A stretch of DNA of 64,000 bases, from assembly GCF_009914755.1 (NCBI RefSeq), contig NC_060930.1; one strand, written 5' to 3'. The translations under genes and the position numbers were made by a program. The stretch comes from the human T2T-CHM13v2.0 reference genome, Homo sapiens. Positions 58,991-64,000 of this stretch are shown here, one piece after another (positions within the stretch are counted from its first letter, which is position 1; each line of letters begins with the position of its first letter). Under the pieces are notes generated by a model, which did no database searches, was not told the origin of the DNA, and saw nothing but the letters and a program-made list of their open reading frames with translations.

Positions 58991-59089
58991 TATATATACA
59001 GTAGGTAAGATAACTGATACTGGTGAATTTTCCTCAGAGAATAAACAATCTTAGTTTTGTCATGTGCTCTTCAGATTCTTTTTGTTTTT

Positions 59090-59635
59090 GTTTTTTTAAT
59101 GAAATAATATGTTACAGATAAAGTTGAAGTTCTCTATCACCTCCTACCAGGTTCTCTTCACCTGCTGCTCTACCAGAAGTAACTGCTGCCGTGAATCTGT
59201 TGTGTATCTTTTTTCTCTATGTGTATGTTTTGTAAGTTTATAATATTAAATAATGGTTTTATACTCTCAAATATTTTGCAGCTTTGCTCTTTTCACTCAC
59301 TGTTTTCTTTTATGGACCTATCCATATTTGTCCATATATCTGTTTTACTTATTTTAATAGCTCTATAGTATTCCATCATGTGAATTTACAACTTACTCAC
59401 CTGGTAATGGATATTTGGGTTGTTTCCAATTACAAACAATGCAATTGTAATGAACATTTGCACTTATTTCCTTTTATACACATGTGAGAGTTACTTCAGG
59501 ATTCCTTACCTATAAATGAAATTGTGGGTTAATGAATATGCTTATTTTCCACTTTGGTGGATATTACCTAAATGCACTCCTGTACTTCTCTCAGTAGTGT
59601 ATGTTTCCATTTCCCCATACGCTTGCTCAGCTATT
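59090..59635 (-). mobile_element. L1ME 3' remnant
   Basis: atggatatttgggttgtttccaatt...acaatgcaattgtaatgaacatt...gtttccatttccccatac. Confidence 0.65.
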
Positions 59636-60189
59636 CATTTTTAGAATTCAGAATCTAAAGTGTCTATCAGAAGAATGAACTCAAATGCCTTACATCTTTG
59701 TAGGAAAGATGGACATGAATACAGATGCATTCATTCAGTATGTTCTTATCATCATCATGTTGATGATTTCCAGAGGAGATTTCAAGATTTGCAAGTAACA
59801 TCTAACATCAACAGTCGTGAGAAGTCTGCCATGTCTCCATCTCTTTAGCATGGTTAAACTGCCACTGTTTATAATCATTCCTGGAAAGAAAGGGAATGGC
59901 TTCCCAAAACAACCCTTCTGCAAGCACTACCATACCCAAAAACATGTCCAGTTGCGTGATTACTATGGCAATATGCATATTTCAATAGTCACTCCTGAAA
60001 GTTTTGTCCCTCAACTTTCTTTATCCAGTGGCCCTTTTGATAAATATCTTATTTCTCTCTCTCCACTGCAGCCTCTGATATGCCACCACTTACATCTGGT
60101 CTCCAACATTATTAGGAATATGTAAAACAAACATATAAAAATAGCATTCTGAGCAATGACTGAAAGGGAACACTGACAGATAAAATTGA

Positions 60190-60539
<350 letters not shown>

Positions 60540-61092
60540 TCTTTTTTTCTTTTGAAGTCATTTTATGCAACTTAAAAATGGGGTAGGAAGAATAGATAAG
60601 AAATCTTGACCAAAACAAATTCGTAAGTCCAACAGTTAAATACATTCATTTGATATAAAATGCATATTTCTGTAATTGCTTAAATGAGTAGTTTCTAGTG
60701 CCAAGTAAAATAAAGAATACTTATTTTAAATCAATAATGAAAACCATGGTTTGAGTTTTTTGGCTTAGAAATAAATATATATGGCCATGTTTGATTTGTA
60801 AACTCATCAAATTAATGTGGTTCATTCACTTTTCAGTTAACATTCCAGTTTAGGATTCTGTGTACCACTGTTGGAAACTGAGACTACCAGATATTACCAA
60901 GTTGGGGGTGGAAGGTAGGAGGGATCACCGAGATGAAAGCTCCCTCCCTCCCCACTCCCTACCTTTCTCAAAATAAATCTGTCTTCTCAAAGAGAGCTGT
61001 GACCTTGGAACTCTGTTATGTACAATTCAATCAGATGAAAGTGTTCTTGGGTTCGGAGGATGGTTTCAGAAATTATTTTCTACTTGGACCTG

Positions 61093-61377
61093 TGCCTTAG
61101 TCTACTTGGACTGCTATTACAAAATGCCTTCGAATGAGTATAAACAGCATGGATTTACTACTCACAGTTCTGGAGGCTGGGAAATCTAAGATCATGGTGC
61201 CAACAGATTCAGTATCTCATGAAGGCACGCTCTTGCCTTCAAAAATGGTCCCTTCTAGCTGTTTATTCACATGACAGAAGGGGTGAACAAGCTTTCTTGG
61301 GCTTCTTTTATAAGGACACTAGTCCCATTCCTGAGGGAATAGCTGTCATGACCTAATCACCACCCAAAAGGCCCTTT
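61093..61377 (-). mobile_element. MLT1A/MST-like MaLR LTR
   Basis: ctcacagttctggaggctgggaaatctaagatcatggtgccaacagattcag...tcttttataaggacactagtcccatt...catgacctaatcacc. Confidence 0.82.
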
Positions 61378-63207
61378 AATTAAAGTTGATTCACTTGTAG
61401 ACATTTGTTCAGAAATGAGTAAGTCAAATGGGACACCACAAGAAAAGAGACTGTATTTCCTGACCCCCAGTAGGAATGAATTGGGCACGAGTGGAGGTAG
61501 AAAGATGCAGGCTCAGATGAAGAAGTGATTAGTATGCCAAGCCCCTTATAGCAGAGGCCTCCCAATCCTGCCACAAGCCAGAGTGAGAATGAGGCCACAT
61601 GTCCTGGCCTCTTTTGACCTTGGGAATCTAGTGGGCAGCCAGATGCCTCAGATAACATACATCTGTAATATAGAAAAAACAAGCATCAGGGAAGTCTTCC
61701 TAGAAATAGCTCTAATTTTGTATCTTTTTTCCACCAATCTTCAGTTATATATTCAGATAAGTCTACTTTTTTAGTAAGGGACTACAACATTATCCTAATT
61801 ATATAGGAAAAAGTCTTCGTGTATGTGTAGAAAAAAGACTGAATTGAGATAAAATAAAGTGATTATTATCTCTCAGTGGTGGGATTAAATTATTTAAATT
61901 TTATATTCTATGGAATATTTACAGCAAGTGTTCATTATCTTTATTTCCTACAGTGAACATGAATTACCTTTCTTTTCCTAAGTATAAAATAATTAAAAGT
62001 ACATTTATTTCATTATTAATTAAAAATACATTTTTAAAGTAATTAAAATACAATAAAAATCTATTTAAGATTGGATTATATGAATGACTCAGTCAAAGGT
62101 CTGATGAATTGATAAAGGTAAAATTTCCAATTCTTTGGAGAAAACCATGAAAATGTTGCTGCCCTTTAGGGTACAGTCTTGTTAATCAACAGATCTTTAC
62201 TCATTTACTTCTAGGTGTGGAAGGATGGCCCAGCTCCTCTTGGGTGTATAATTAGTTTGTGACAGCTGCCTTCTGTAATGTGGGACTTCTTGGGCTCTTT
62301 TTACTGTTTTTACTGAATTTTGTTTCATTTGCTTCCTTTTACCTCCCTGTCTCTTGTTGGTTTGTATATGTGTGTTCCTGTTCTGCTTGTCTTTATCCCT
62401 CTAGATACTCTCCTGGTCCTTAGTTATTTAGTAAATTTCATTCTGTCTGCTCATTCACGTCCCTCACCTCCAACCATGCCTCCTATGACATTGGGAATTC
62501 TCGTTCTTGATTGTGTAGCCGTCTCCGGTTGGGATACTCTGAATGAGATGTGTAGGCATGCTAGATCATGACTGGAGCAGCTTCTCTAAATGTGACTGCC
62601 ATTGCGACAGTGGCCTCCTGCTTAGGCTTTCCCTGGGTTCTTGTCAAGAATGAGCTCGTTTTTATAAGGGGTATTATAATTCTGACGTGGCCTTACTCTT
62701 GACTATTGATGGTAACTATTTTTCTTGGCATCTGAAATCAAAGAGATGGAAACCCGGTCCCTCCTTCTAAATTCTATGGATTCAGTAGGATTAGGAATGC
62801 TTACTGAGAGTACTGATAAACCAAACATTACTTATGTCTCATCATGAAAATTATTGAGTAAAATAATGTTTTGTGAAGTCAATCATATATAAACTTTTTT
62901 ATTTTTACATATAAAATTCCCTATTTAAAATAATTTTATGATTAAAGCTTTTATAAAATAATTTTCACCTAATTTGTGTTGCTCAAAGGAGCTTCTGCTA
63001 AGATTCAAGGGCTCCCAGGGTTTTCCCTGTACAGAATATTAGTTCTAAGAGGTATCTTGAGGATCACCTTACTAAATACCACATTTTATTTGTATAGAAA
63101 TGGAGAGTCAGGGGGCTGCGTGACTTGCTCATGTTATATGACTAACTCTAGTGAACACAGGCCAATCAAGACACAGTTTCCTAGGATCCTTTTTCTTCTA
63201 ATTCTTT

Positions 63208-63500
<293 letters not shown>

Positions 63501-63699
63501 CTCTAATTCTTTAGCCACCACGCCACAGTACGTCTTGTTAATGAGGTGTTATTTTCAGGGCATAATTTGTCTTGTTCTTGCTGCAGTGGATCTTGTGAAC
63601 AGAATGATGCTGCTTTTTAAAACCACTTACTGGTAAAATAATATTTACCTGGTACAATGCTAAGCAATTTCTATGTCATTAATTTTGTTTTTATTCTCT

Positions 63700-64000
<301 letters not shown>

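Noticed and set aside
59660-60125. Cluster of overlapping short ORFs, considered as a processed pseudogene
   Set aside because: No recognisable parent protein, poly-A tail or TSD.

Overview
Human (primate) genomic DNA from inside the CDKAL1 gene, transcribed on the + strand. The only protein-coding sequence I can support is one 104-nt internal exon at 9928-10031, which the ORF track misses. It reads (G)[34 protein letters not shown](E) and carries the radical-SAM CxxxCxxC motif of this tRNA methylthiotransferase. Everything else is intron. It holds about 30 Alu/FLAM copies (including young AluYb8 and AluYa5), L1 fossils, two ERV1 solo LTRs (MER51-like, MER31-like), MaLR LTRs, DNA-transposon fossils, MIR/L2 remnants and microsatellites. 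The track ORFs are repeat-derived or chance ORFs. I see no evidence of a new gene system. The most interesting unexplained signals are a consensus-matching recursive-splice-site/RS-exon candidate at about 57.15-57.24 kb, a candidate poison exon at 1166-1436, an Alu-free motif-dense block at about 29.9-33 kb that looks like conserved enhancer DNA, and a chimeric L1 with two 3' ends nested inside an AluJ. Repeat subfamily calls come from remembered consensus diagnostics and should be confirmed with RepeatMasker/Dfam.
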